The translations under genes were made by a program, and so were the position numbers. Below the pieces are notes generated by a model, which was not told the origin of the DNA, did not search any database, and saw only the letters and a program-made list of their open reading frames with translations. DNA of 63,789 nucleotides, counting the filler, from Octopus bimaculoides (taxonomy: Eukaryota), in NCBI RefSeq assembly GCF_001194135.2. It is 6 parts of 6 records of this genome, joined end to end, with 100 filler letters (N's around TTAATTAATTAA, not from the genome) between each part and the next. Parts side by side here need not be neighbours in the genome. Positions count along the whole stretch, not along the records: positions 3,094 to 24,198 come from NC_069007.1; 5 more parts are not named here. One strand, 5' to 3'. Positions 11,931 to 22,539 of this stretch are shown piece by piece. Positions within the stretch are counted from its first letter, which is position 1; every line of letters starts with the position of its first letter.

Positions 11931-12142
11931 CCCTTCAGCATTTAAACCGGCCGTATCTGGCCCAAATATTCTACCTGTTTTATGTTTAAACTGGCCAGAT
12001 CTGGCCTCTCCCACCTACTTTACAACGTAATGCTAAAAATATACAATCACCAGCCTGAAGCTTTGAGGTAATGCATAATTGATTGAAAATACTGTGGATG
12101 AATAAGCATTGTGTTTGACAGAATGATCTGAACACTAAAGGG
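11931..12142. mobile_element. piggyBac-type MITE (212 bp) inserted in a SINE A copy (~11850-12185)
   Basis: TTAA|CCCTTCAGCATT ... AACACTAAAGGG|TAA; SINE A sequence resumes (ATTCTGCCAAGGTTGAC) directly after. Confidence 0.8.
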
Positions 12143-12197
12143 TAAATTCTGCCAAGGTTGACTTAGCCTTTCATCCTTTTGCAGAAATAATTTGTTT

Positions 12198-12995
12198 CAT
12201 CATCATCATCGTTTAACGTCCGCTTTCCATGCTAGCATGGGTTGGATGATTTGACTGAGGACTGGTGAACCAGATGGCTACACCAGGCTCCAATCTGATT
12301 TGGCAGAATTTCTACAGCTGGATGCCCTTCCTAATGCCAACCACTCCGAGAGTGTAGTGGGTGCTTTTACGTGCCACTGGCACGAAGGCCAGTCAGGCGG
12401 TACTGGCAATGGCCACACTCAAAATGGTGTATTTTACGTGCCACCTGCACAGGAGCCAGTCCAGCGGCACTGGCAACGATCTCACTCAAATGTTTTGTTC
12501 ACGTGCCACCGGCACCAGTGCCAGTAAGGCGACGCTGGTAATGACCACGATCAAATGGTGCTATTTACGTGCCACTGGCATGGAAGCCTGACAGCTGCTC
12601 TGGCAATGATCACGCTTGGACGGTGCTCTTAGCGCTCCACTCGTACAGGTGCCATCACGATTTCGATTTCACTTGCCCCAACAAGTCTTCGCAAGCTGAG
12701 TTTAGTGTCCAATGAAGGAGTTGGCATGGGTGCCAGTCGTCAAATTTGGTTCGATTTCAATTNNNNNNNNNNATTTCACTTGCCTCAACAGGTCTTCGCA
12801 AGCAGAGGTTAGTGTCCAATGAAGGAGTTGGCATGGGTGCCAGTCGTCAAATTTGGTTCGATTTCAATTTCACTTGCCTCAACAGGTCTTCGCAAGCAGA
12901 GGTTAGTGTCCAATGAAGGAAAGGTACACATAAGTGGGCTGGCTACACCCCTGGTAGAGGCCTCACATTATGGTCTATCAAATGTGTGTGCAATA
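12198..12995 (-). mobile_element. RTE-3'UTR-derived element with internal tandem modules and (CAT)n tail
   Basis: CATCATCATCGTTTAACGTCCGCTTTCCATGC; repeated TTTTACGTGCCAC...GGCAA modules; ~90-bp unit TTCACTTGCC.CAACA.GTCTTCGCAAGC...GTGTCCAATGAAGGA three times. Confidence 0.75.
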
Positions 12996-13414
12996 AACTA
13001 GTGCACTCCCTCCATCAAATCGATGTTGCCTGAACAGGCACATGATATACCATACATGAGGTGTTGAAGTGATTGCAATGTAAGGTGAAGTGTTTTGCCC
13101 GGAATACTGTGAAATGAGATTAAACCAGAGACTTCATCACTGTAAAGTGAGCTTAACCACATAGCCAAGCTTGTTCCTATGGTTAAACACACACATACAC
13201 AATACAGAAGTGTTTAATGTATTGCATTATGACTGATCTAATCTTGTACATGAAATTCAGTCTTTACATAGTTGTAATCGTAGTCATCATCTACGTTTTC
13301 TTTTCTTCATGCTGGCTGAGTTACATCAAGAAATTAGGTAGAACATAACGAGGCAGATTATCTATGGATGGATGCTCTTCCTGTCACCAATCCTGACCTG
13401 TTTCTCAAGTATGA

Positions 13415-13805
13415 TATTCTTTTATTGTTTTACTTGTTCCAGTCATCTGAATCCAGCCATGTTGGAGCATCGCTTTGAAGGATTTAGTCAAAGAAATCAA
13501 GCCTAGTACTTATTCTATTAGTCACTTTTGCTGAACCGCAAAGTTACGGGGGACATAAACACACCAACATTGGTTGTCAAATGGTGGTGGGTGACAAACA
13601 CAGACACAAAGGCACACATACACACAGATATATATATATGACGGGCTTCTTTCAGTTTCTTTCTTCCAAATCCACTCACAAGGATTTGCGGGGCCTGAGG
13701 TTATAGTAAAAACTTGCCCAAGGTGCCATGCAGTGGGACTGAACCCAGAACCATGTGGCTGGGAAGCAAGTGTCTTACTACAAGCCATGCCTGCGCCTAT
13801 ATACC
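13415..13805 (-). mobile_element. SINE family B, full length
   Basis: Both halves plus (TA) linker. Confidence 0.85.
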
Positions 13806-14307
13806 GTAATTTATTTATCTATTTTTTCTTTCATTTCACTGGTCCTCACACGACTGAGACTTTTGTTCATTATACAGAAGNNNNNNNNNNNNNNNNNNNN
13901 NNNNNNNNNNNNNNNNNNNNNNNNNNNNNNNNNNNNNNNNNNNNNNNNNNNNNNNNNNNNNNNNNNNNNNNNNNNNNNNNNNNNNNNNNNNNNNNNNNNN
14001 NNNNNNNNNNNNNNNNNNNNNNNNNNNNNNNNNNNNNNNNNNNNNNNNNNNNNNNNNNNNNNNNNNNNNNNNNNNNNNNNNNNNNNNNNNNNNNNNNNNN
14101 NNNNNNNNNNNNNNNNNNNNNNNNNNNNNNNNNNNNNNNNNNNNNNNNNNNNNNNNNNNNNNNNNNNNNNNNNNNNNNNNNNNNNNNNNNNNNNNNNNNN
14201 NNNNNNNNNNNNNNNNNNNNNNNNNNNNNNNNNNNNNNNNNNNNNNNNNNNNNNNNNNNNNNNNNNNNNNNNNNNNNNNNNNNNNNNNNNNNNNNNNNNN
14301 NNNNNNN

Positions 14308-15025
14308 CATAGAGGGGACAAACAAGGACAGACAAAGAGATTAAGTCGATTACATGGACCCCAGTGCGCAACTGGTACTTAATTTATCGATCTTGGCGGA
14401 ATTTGAACTCAGACAAAGGGATTAAGTCAATTACATCGACGCCAGTGCGCAACTGGTACTTAATTTATCGACCTCGAAAGGATGAATGGCAAAGTCGACG
14501 TTGGCAGAATTTGAACTCAGAACGTAAAGACAGCTAAACATTTTGCCCGGCGTGCTAACGTTTCTTATTTCTTTATTGCCCAGAAGGGGCTAAACATAGA
14601 GGGGACAAACAAGGACAGACAAAGAGATTAATTCGATTACATCGAGCCCAGTGAGTAACTGGTACTTAATTTATCAACCCCAAAAGGATGAAAGGCAAAG
14701 TCGACCTCGGCGGAATTTGAACTCAGAACATAACGGCAAACGAAATACCGCTAAGCATTTTGCCCGGCATGCTAACCAATTCTACCATCCTGACACCTTT
14801 ATACAGGCATTAAATAATCCTTTCTACTAAAGGCACTAGGCCTGAAATTGTGGGGGAAGGGGCTAGTTGATTACATCAACCCCAGTGCATAACTGGTACT
14901 TATTTCATCGACCCCGAAAGGATGAAAGGCAAAGTCAACCTTGGCGGAATTTGAACACAGAACATACAGATAGACAAAATGCTGCTAAGCATTTTCGCCT
15001 GGCGTGCTAACAATTCAGCCAGCTC
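14308..15025 (-). mobile_element. Cluster of ~4-5 SINE A copies, including long-tailed subtype A2
   Basis: Repeated GAAAGGATGAAAGGCAAAGTCGAC...GGAATTTGAACTCAGAAC; A2 tail TTATTTCTTTATTGCCC.AAGGGGCTAAACATAGAGGGGAC. Confidence 0.9.
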
Positions 15026-15239
15026 GTGTGTGTGTGTGTGTGTGTGTGTGTTACACATATTTAAATTTCTGGGGGATTTTCTTGTGTGTTTTTTTTTGAG
15101 GGGTAATGTTAGAATTTCTCAATTCTTTGCACTCCATATTATGTATGACTAATGGCTTACTGAAGACAAAGACACATGTGATCCATGTGGTGAGAGAATC
15201 ACATGTGGGCATGGGAACGCTTTTGAGGGTGACAGTCTG

Positions 15240-15539
15240 TGTGTGTGTGTGAGAGCGAGTGATGGGGTATGACAGCATGTGAGAGAGAGAGAGAAAGTGT
15301 GGGTGTGAGAGAGTGTGTGTGTGTGTGAGAGAGACAGAGAGTGTGGGTGTGAGAGTGTGTGTGTGCATGTGAGAGTATGCGTGCATGTGAGAGAGTATGT
15401 GTGAATGTGAGAGAGTGTGTGCGTGTGAGAGAGTGTGTGTGTGTATGTGAGAGTGTTTGTGTGTATGTGAGAGTGTTTGTGTGTATGTGAGAGTGTTTGT
15501 GTGTATGTGAGAGAGTGTGTCTGTGTGTGTGAGAGAGAG
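15240..15539. repeat. Compound (GT/GA) low-complexity tract with 18-bp subrepeat
   Basis: GTGTATGTGAGAGTGTTT tandem ~3x. Confidence 0.85.
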
Positions 15540-16339
15540 NNNNNNNNNNNNNNNNNNNNNNNNNNNNNNNNNNNNNNNNNNNNNNNNNNNNNNNNNNNNN
15601 NNNNNNNNNNNNNNNNNNNNNNNNNNNNNNNNNNNNNNNNNNNNNNNNNNNNNNNNNNNNNNNNNNNNNNNNNNNNNNNNNNNNNNNNNNNNNNNNNNNN
15701 NNNNNNNNNNNNNNNNNNNNNNNNNNNNNNNNNNNNNNNNNNNNNNNNNNNNNNNNNNNNNNNNNNNNNNNNNNNNNNNNNNNNNNNNNNNNNNNNNNNN
15801 NNNNNNNNNNNNNNNNNNNNNNNNNNNNNNNNNNNNNNNNNNNNNNNNNNNNNNNNNNNNNNNNNNNNNNNNNNNNNNNNNNNNNNNNNNNNNNNNNNNN
15901 NNNNNNNNNNNNNNNNNNNNNNNNNNNNNNNNNNNNNNNNNNNNNNNNNNNNNNNNNNNNNNNNNNNNNNNNNNNNNNNNNNNNNNNNNNNNNNNNNNNN
16001 NNNNNNNNNNNNNNNNNNNNNNNNNNNNNNNNNNNNNNNNNNNNNNNNNNNNNNNNNNNNNNNNNNNNNNNNNNNNNNNNNNNNNNNNNNNNNNNNNNNN
16101 NNNNNNNNNNNNNNNNNNNNNNNNNNNNNNNNNNNNNNNNNNNNNNNNNNNNNNNNNNNNNNNNNNNNNNNNNNNNNNNNNNNNNNNNNNNNNNNNNNNN
16201 NNNNNNNNNNNNNNNNNNNNNNNNNNNNNNNNGAACTGTCACATTAAGTTGACAGCATACAACTACTATATATATATATATATTGTCTTGGTTTACGTTT
16301 GCCACCTTGGAATCCTCTGTTTAGCTGGTTGATCCACTA

Positions 16340-16580
16340 CTCAGGAAGAGACTATTCTAGAGTACGTCCTGCCTTATCTTCGAAACGTCTAGTTAGAATA
16401 GAGGCAGCTGATGAATAATTCCAAGTGGCTTTCTGTTTTCCTATGTGTTCGTTCCGTTGTCTGTAGTTCATTGTTCTAACGTCCTGTACCCTGATATGCA
16501 TCTATATACACATGTAGATGAAAGTATATACATATATGTGTGTATACATGCATATATATATATTTTTGTATTATATATAT
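16340..16580 (+). repeat. Unclassified dispersed repeat J (second copy 24430-24630, minus strand)
   Basis: Shared TCTTCGAAACG...TTAGAAT.G.GGCAGCTGATGAA...AACGTCCTGTACC..GATATGCATCTATATA, both ending in TA-rich tracts. Confidence 0.65.
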
Positions 16581-16584
16581 ATCC

Positions 16585-16915
16585 TTTTTTCTGTTATTTG
16601 TTTCAGTTATTGACTGCAGCCATGCTGGAGCACAACCTTTAGTCAAATAAATCAACCTCAGGACTTATTTTTTGTAAGCCTGGTATATATTCTATCTGTG
16701 TCTTTTGCCAAACTGCTAAGTTACGGGGACATAAACACACCAAGATCAGTTGTCAAGCGATAGTAGGAGGACAGACACAGACACACACACATATATGACA
16801 GGCTTCTTTCAGTTTCCGTCTACCAAATCCACTCACAAGGCTTTGATCGGCCCGAGGCTATAGTAGAAGATACTTGCCCAAGGTGCCACGCAGTGGGACT
16901 GAACCTGGAACCATT
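16585..16915 (-). mobile_element. SINE family B, near full length
   Basis: Both halves; head truncated at GGAACCAT. Confidence 0.85.
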
Positions 16916-17028
16916 CATCCAGGCACAAGAACCATACAAAGGCAGACACTGGAGCACTATGCAGTCCTTGGGCCCTTCAGATCCTGTCAAACCATCCAAC
17001 CCATGCCAGCATGAAACATGGATGCTAA

Positions 17029-17190
17029 CCCTTTAGCATTTAAACCAATCATATCCAGCTCGGTTATTCTTTCCGTTTTATGATCAAACCCACCAGAGCT
17101 GACTTCTCACACCTACCCTGCAATGTCATTCTAAAAATAAATAATTACATTATTAAAATCTCGAAGCTACAACATAATGCATGATTGATG
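17029..17190. mobile_element. Truncated second copy of the 11931 piggyBac-type MITE, inserted in an RTE 3' UTR end
   Basis: CTAA|CCCTTTAGCATT and internal CTCACACCTACCCTGCAATGTCATTCTAAAAATA match the 11931 copy. Confidence 0.7.
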
Positions 17191-17320
17191 CATGTTTGTC
17201 CCAAATCAGACTCATCAAGCAGCAGCAAGCCTGCAGCAGACATGGATGTTCCCCCCTATAAATCTTTACTTGCAAAGCCAAGTTATAAGGATGATGATGA
17301 TATGTATATATGTATGTTGT

Positions 17321-17599
17321 TGGCACTCCGTCGTTTACGACGTCGAGGGTTCCAGTTGATCCGATCAATGGAACAGCCATACTCGTGAAATTAACGTGCA
17401 AGTGGCTGAGCACTCCACAGACACGTGTACCCTAAACGTAGTTCTCGGGGATATTCAGCGTGACACAGTGTGACAAGGCTGACCCTTTGAATTACAGGCA
17501 CAACAGAAACAGGAAGTAAGAGTGAGAGAAAGTTGTGGTGAAAGAGTACAGCAGGGTTCACCACCATCCCCTGCCGGAGCCTCGTGGAGCTTTAGGTGT
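17321..17599 (-). mobile_element. SINE family C variant, 3' part
   Basis: GGCACTCCGTCG.TTACGACG...GAAATTAACGTGCAAGTGGCTGAG shared with 24682 and 59443 copies. Confidence 0.8.
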
Positions 17600-18469
17600 T
17601 NNNNNNNNNNNNNNNNTATATATATATATATATATATATATACATACACACATGCTTCAGAACACAAGTGGAAGCTTTGTAACAAAGTACTGAAAGGAGA
17701 GAGAAAGTAGCAGGAGGGATAGGGAGAGGCAAAAAGAAGGGAGGGAGAAACAAGATGGTGAAGATAGGGGGGGGGAGACAGAGTAGCAGAAGTTAGAAGA
17801 GACAGGGAGGGGAGAGATAAGAGAGAGAAAGAAAAAAAGGGAGAATGAGGAAAGAAGGGGAGGGGAGGGAAGTGAAGAGGAGGATAATCATTGCAGCAGG
17901 GAGGGAGGTGTGTGTGTGTGTGTGTGAGAGAGAGATTAGTGGACTAACACTTAAGCTAACTACTCTCATCATCCTGCAAGTATTTGTTTAATAAATGGGT
18001 GTGTTTGTGTACAGGATAGTCACAAATTGTGTATATATACTCTGTGTGTGTGTGTGTGTATATACTGTGTGTGTGTGTGTGTGTGCTGTTGATATTTGAA
18101 AAGTTAGTTATGAACTAGAAACCACTCTATAGGCACTAAATGGGGTTTGATGTCAAGAATATAATTAATTTATAAAATTAAATTTGGTTTTAATGTCATG
18201 TGTTAATGTGTGTCAGTTATACATTATATATATATAAAAAGAATAATATATATAAATATACATACATGTGTATGTGTGTTGAGTATATATATATCTCCAT
18301 GTGTGTGTATATGTACATATATATCTTAAGGTTTGTTTTTGTGTTCAGTCATAATAAGAACAATTTTACATAAATCTGATGGGTTACTCTATACTTTGGT
18401 AGAGTACAGTTATTTTTAAACAATATGTGTATATAGACATACATACGTAAATATACATATGTATGTGTA

Positions 18470-18522
<53 letters not shown>

Positions 18523-18574
18523 ATGACCCTGTATGTATGTAAGTATGTATGTATGTATGTATGTATGTATATAT

Positions 18575-18710
18575 AAATTTAAATAATAAGGGTGAAAAAT
18601 TGAATATTAATTTGATTAACATCAATTTAAAACCAGTGGCCTAGCATATCGAGAAATCTGAAGATTCAGAAAAATTATATTACATACATACATGAGGGAT
18701 GACCACTAAG
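18575..18710. repeat. Unclassified repeat K (second copy 23995-24198), both beside (TA)n
   Basis: AGGGTGA.AAATTGAATATTAATTT...AAAACCAGTG..CTAGCATAT...GGGATGACCACTA shared. Confidence 0.75.
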
Positions 18711-19327
18711 NNNNNNNNNNNNNNNNNNNNNNNNNNNNNNNNNNNNNNNNNNNNNNNNNNNNNNNNNNNNNNNNNNNNNNNNNNNNNNNNNNNNNNNNNN
18801 NNNNNNNNNNNNNNNNNNNNNNNNNNNNNNNNNNNNNNNNNNNNNNNNNNNNNNNNNNNNNNNNNNNNNNNNNNNNNNNNNNNNNNNNNNNNNNNNNNNN
18901 NNNNNNNNNNNNNNNNNNNNNNNNNNNNNNNNNNNNNNNNNNNNNNNNNNNNNNNNNNNNNNNNNNNNNNNNNNNNNNNNNNNNNNNNNNNNNNNNNNNN
19001 NNNNNNNNNNNNNNNNNNNNNNNNNNNNNNNNNNNNNNNNNNNNNNNNNNNNNNNNNNNNNNNNNNNNNNNNNNNNNNNNNNNNNNNNNNNNNNNNNNNN
19101 NNNNNNNNNNNNNNNNNNNNNNNNNNNNNNNNNNNNNNNNNNNNNNNNNNNNNNNNNNNNNNNNNNNNNNNNNNNNNNNNNNNNNNNNNNNNNNNNNNNN
19201 NNNNNNNNNNNNNNNNNNNNNNNNNNNNNNNNNNNNNNNNNNNNNNNNNNNNNNNNNNNNNNNNNNNNNNNNNNNNNNNNNNNNNNNNNNNCTTAATTAT
19301 GTTGATATATATATATATATATATATA

Positions 19328-19691
19328 GGACTACCATATTCTGTTGGCAAATAAACTTTATTCGGTACTGTTACTGTATATGTCTCACTCAGAGATTTAA
19401 AACTGTTTTTCTCTTTATGAGATCAGTGACTGTGTGTTGCTTAAAAAGCACCCCGAGGAAGCCCTCATCACTAGCCTGTGATTATCTTGCACCAAGGATG
19501 GGAAAGAACCCAGAAACCTAGATCTATGAGCATCACGAAGGCTAGAGATAGGAGCAATGACCTCCCTTGCTGATACTGTATGGACATAAAGTGTGTGTCC
19601 ATAACCAGCTGGAAAAGATGTTGTCCTGGGGCTAAAACAACAGTAACATCGTCCTTTATAGGACTGCCACATTCTGTTGGCAAATAAACTT

Positions 19692-19695
<4 letters not shown>
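19328..19695. mobile_element. 368-bp segment bounded by 35-bp direct repeats inside (TA)n
   Basis: GGACTACCATATTCTGTTGGCAAATAAACTTTATT (19328-19362) vs GGACTGCCACATTCTGTTGGCAAATAAACTTTATT (19661-19695), 2 mismatches. Confidence 0.7.
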
Positions 19696-19761
<66 letters not shown>

Positions 19762-19763
<2 letters not shown>

Positions 19764-19945
19764 CGCAGGAGTGGTTGTGTGGTAAGTAGCTTGCTTACCA
19801 ACCACATGGTTCCGGGTTCAGTCCCACTGCGTGGCACCTTGGGCAAGTGTCTGCTAACAATAAGTCCTGGGGTCGATTTACTCGGCTAAAAGGCGGTGCT
19901 CCAGCATGGCTGCAGTCAAATGACTGAAACAAGTAAAATGAGGGA
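19762..19945 (+). mobile_element. SINE family B with large internal deletion
   Basis: Head to GGCAAGTGTCT joins directly to AATAAGTCCTGGGGTCGAT of the tail. Confidence 0.85.
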
Positions 19946-19984
19946 GTATATATATGGATGAGTTTGTTTATACTCATTGCTGAT

Positions 19985-20310
19985 GGTCAGGGGCCTCAGG
20001 TACGTCCACCACTCCACCAGGTTCCTCCCCATCTGGTCCTTGATGTCATTTACTTCATTGTCATCGCTTGCAACCATCTACTCAGTCTCCACGTGGATGT
20101 GAGATATGATTGCAAAGGTTCTCGTCTCTGATAAAGTGACCAAAATACTGCAGTTTGTCATCATCTGACCATCTTCTCCACTCCATCTCCTCAAAGAATG
20201 AATCATTTGTGCTCGGAGCCACCACCCAGTTTATCTGCAGTGGTTGTCTCTAGCACATTGTCTTCAAACACCCTCAGTTGCATGCTGTAGGTTGAATTAT
20301 GTAAAATGTT
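19985..20310 (-). pseudogene. Decayed RTE (BovB-like) reverse transcriptase C-terminal fragment
   Basis: Minus frames read QLRVFE..C*RQPLQINW....TNDSFFEEM, KLQYFGH (20156-20136) and NDIKDQMGRNLVE, collinear with RTE motifs AFE.WC.RR.L.I.W / KLQYFGH.MR / W.D.I. Confidence 0.7.
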
Positions 20311-20339
20311 AGAGACAGAAGCCTTGCTGTTTCTTGCAA

Positions 20340-20479
20340 TACATATATCTAAAGCAAAATTTTTTCAGGGGCCCTTAAAATATTATTGTGGATCCCAATT
20401 TATTATTTTGCTTGTATGGACCCCGCAAAATCTTATAGAGACCTTAAGGGGCCATATGGTCCCTGGTTGAGAACCACTG
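20340..20479. mobile_element. hAT (Charlie-like) MITE end
   Basis: Ends GGTCCCTGGTTGAGAACCACTG (reverse complement CAGTGGTTCTCAACC, 20465-20479). Confidence 0.55.
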
Positions 20480-20594
20480 TCATAGGATGAAGATGATCAG
20501 CCCTGAACTCACATACAGGATAGCCCATCATAACCTCGTGGATATCGTTGGCAATTTTTTCTTCCTCCGTCGTCCCTTCTTTGGACTTTGCTAT

Positions 20595-20629
20595 ATTTCC
20601 GACGAAGAGCTCCGCTCGAAACGTCAAAT
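20595..20629 (+). ncRNA. Minimal type I hammerhead-ribozyme-like motif (Penelope type), U4C core variant
   Basis: ATTT-CCGACGA-A-GAGC(tcc)GCTC-GAA-ACGT-C-AAAT: helices I and II pair, palindromic ACGT helix III. Confidence 0.6.
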
Positions 20630-20749
20630 TCTCTTTCTTTCCATTCCTGAGCGTCCAGTAACACAATATCTGAATCACATCCTCGCGTTGTTGTTTTTTG
20701 TCGTTTTTTTTCTTTTTTAAACTCTCTCTCTCTCTCTATGTATATATAT

Positions 20750-20970
20750 ATATATAGTTGTTTGTGTTTGTCACCATCACCATCGCTTGACAACTGATGC
20801 TGATGTGTTTACGTCCTTGTAACTTAGTGGTTTGGCAAACGAGACCGATAGAATAAGTACTAGGCTTACAAAAAATAAGTCCTGGTGTTGACTTTGATTA
20901 AAACCCTTCAAGGTGGTGCTCCAGCATGGCCGCAGTCAAATGACTGAAACAAGTTAAAGAATAAAAGAAT
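20750..20970 (+). mobile_element. SINE family B, 3' half
   Basis: Tail consensus match ending (TAAAAGAA)n. Confidence 0.85.
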
Positions 20971-21169
20971 AGTTTGATGGTTTTTAGACAATGTTTCTTT
21001 ATTCTGTGATCCTTTTCTGTGAGCTTTGCTTTCGTCTGGAATTATGCTTGCTCGGTTTTGGAATACCAAAAGAATTTTTTGAGACTAGACCCCTCAAAGC
21101 ATTAAACCATTAAACGGTTTTAGTGACTGAAGCTCCAGCCATCTGCACTCCAATGATTATTGGATTATC

Positions 21170-21797
21170 CCTCTTTGGAAATTAGATAAGTCACCTTTCT
21201 TTCATTGGACACTAAACTCTGCTTGTGAAGACCTGTTGAGGCAAGTGAAATCGAAATCAAATTCGAAGCCAGCACCGCATGACTGGCATCTGTGCTAGTG
21301 GAGCACTAAGAGCACCATGCAAGCGTAATTATTGCCAGGGCTGCTGACTGGCCCCCATGCCGGTGGCACGTAAAAAGCACCATTTGAGTGTGATCGTTAC
21401 CAGCATCGCCTTACTGGCACTTGTGCTGGTGGTACGTGGAAAACAACATTTGAGCGAGGGCNNNNNNNNNNCTTGTGCTGGTGGTACGTGGAAAACAACA
21501 TTTGAGCGAGGGCGTTGCCAGTGCCGCTGGACTGGCTCCTGTGCAGGTGACACGTAAAAACACCATTTGAGTGTAGTTGTTGCCAGTACCACCTGACTGG
21601 CCCTCGTGTTGGTGGCACGTAAAAGCACCCACTACACTCTCGGAGTGGTTGGCGTTAGGAAGGGCATCCAGCTGTAGAAACTCTGCCAGATCAGATTGGA
21701 GCCTGGCATAGCCATCTGGTTCACCAGCCCTCAGTCAAATTGTCCAACCCATGCCAGCATGGAAAGCGGATGTTAGACGATGATGATGATGATGATG
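21170..21797 (+). mobile_element. RTE-3'UTR-derived element, inverted relative to the 12198 copy, (GAT)n tail
   Basis: Reverse-complement homology with 12198-12995; ends GGAAAGCGGATGTTAGACGATGATGATG. Confidence 0.75.
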
Positions 21798-22129
21798 CAT
21801 TTTAACTTATTTTAGTATAATTATGTGCAAAAATAAATACATGAAAGCAAAACTGGGTCATGAATTAAAAGACATGTTTAATGCAGATGGACCCTCCCCC
21901 CCACACACATACACAGAGGCTAGAACAGTTTTGAATATGTCATTGCTAATGCAAAAAATAGTTAAATGAAAAGTGCTCTCTCCATTATTTGTCCAACCCT
22001 TGTGTGCGACTATATACATGTGTGTGTATCTGTANNNNNNNNNNNNNNNNNNNNNNNNNNNNNNNNNNNNNNNNNNNNNNNNNNNNNNNNNNNNNNNNNN
22101 NNNNNNNNNNNNNNNNNNNNNNNNNNNNN

Positions 22130-22392
22130 CCGCTAAGTTACGGGGACGTAAACACACCAGCATCGGTTGTCAAGCGATGTTGGGGGACAAACACAGACAC
22201 AAACATATATATATATATAGACATATATACGACGGGCTTCTTTCAGTTTCCGTCTACCAAATCCACTCACAAGGCTTTGGTCGGCCCAAGGCTATAGTAG
22301 AAGACACTTGCCCAAGGTGCCACGCAGTGGGAATGAACCCGGAACCATGTGGTTGGTAAGCAAGTTACTTACCACACAGCCACTCCTGCGCC
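22130..22392 (-). mobile_element. SINE family B, low divergence
   Basis: Near-consensus head and linker. Confidence 0.9.
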
Positions 22393-22427
22393 TATATATA
22401 TATATATATTTTCATAGGAATTTTCAA

Positions 22428-22501
22428 TGGCCAGATAACTGAAGTGATGTTGGCGTGGGCTCCCACCCTGGCATCCGAAACTCAGAGTTTTATCATGGCT
22501 A
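22428..22501 (+). ncRNA. Type I hammerhead-ribozyme-like motif with altered core
   Basis: Helix I TGGCCA-GATAA / TTATC-a-TGGCTA; core CTGAAGT; helix II GATGTTGG/CTGGCATC with inner GTGGG/CCCAC; GAA; helix III ACTC-a-GAGT; GUU site. Confidence 0.65.
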
Positions 22502-22539
22502 CCGAATAAGTATCACATATTTTTACAGATATATATATA

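Noticed and set aside
12665-12920. CRISPR-like array from ~90-bp reiterated units
   Set aside because: Units repeat in full with no unique spacers, lie inside a retroposon 3' region, and the context is eukaryotic.
16378-16416. GAAACGTC followed by CTGATGA (also 24560-24626 on minus) as a hammerhead
   Set aside because: Cores are in permuted order and helix I and II partners do not pair convincingly in either copy.
21420-21513. Exact ~42-bp duplication in the RTE-derived element
   Set aside because: The two copies flank a 10-N gap, so an unmerged contig overlap is the simplest explanation.
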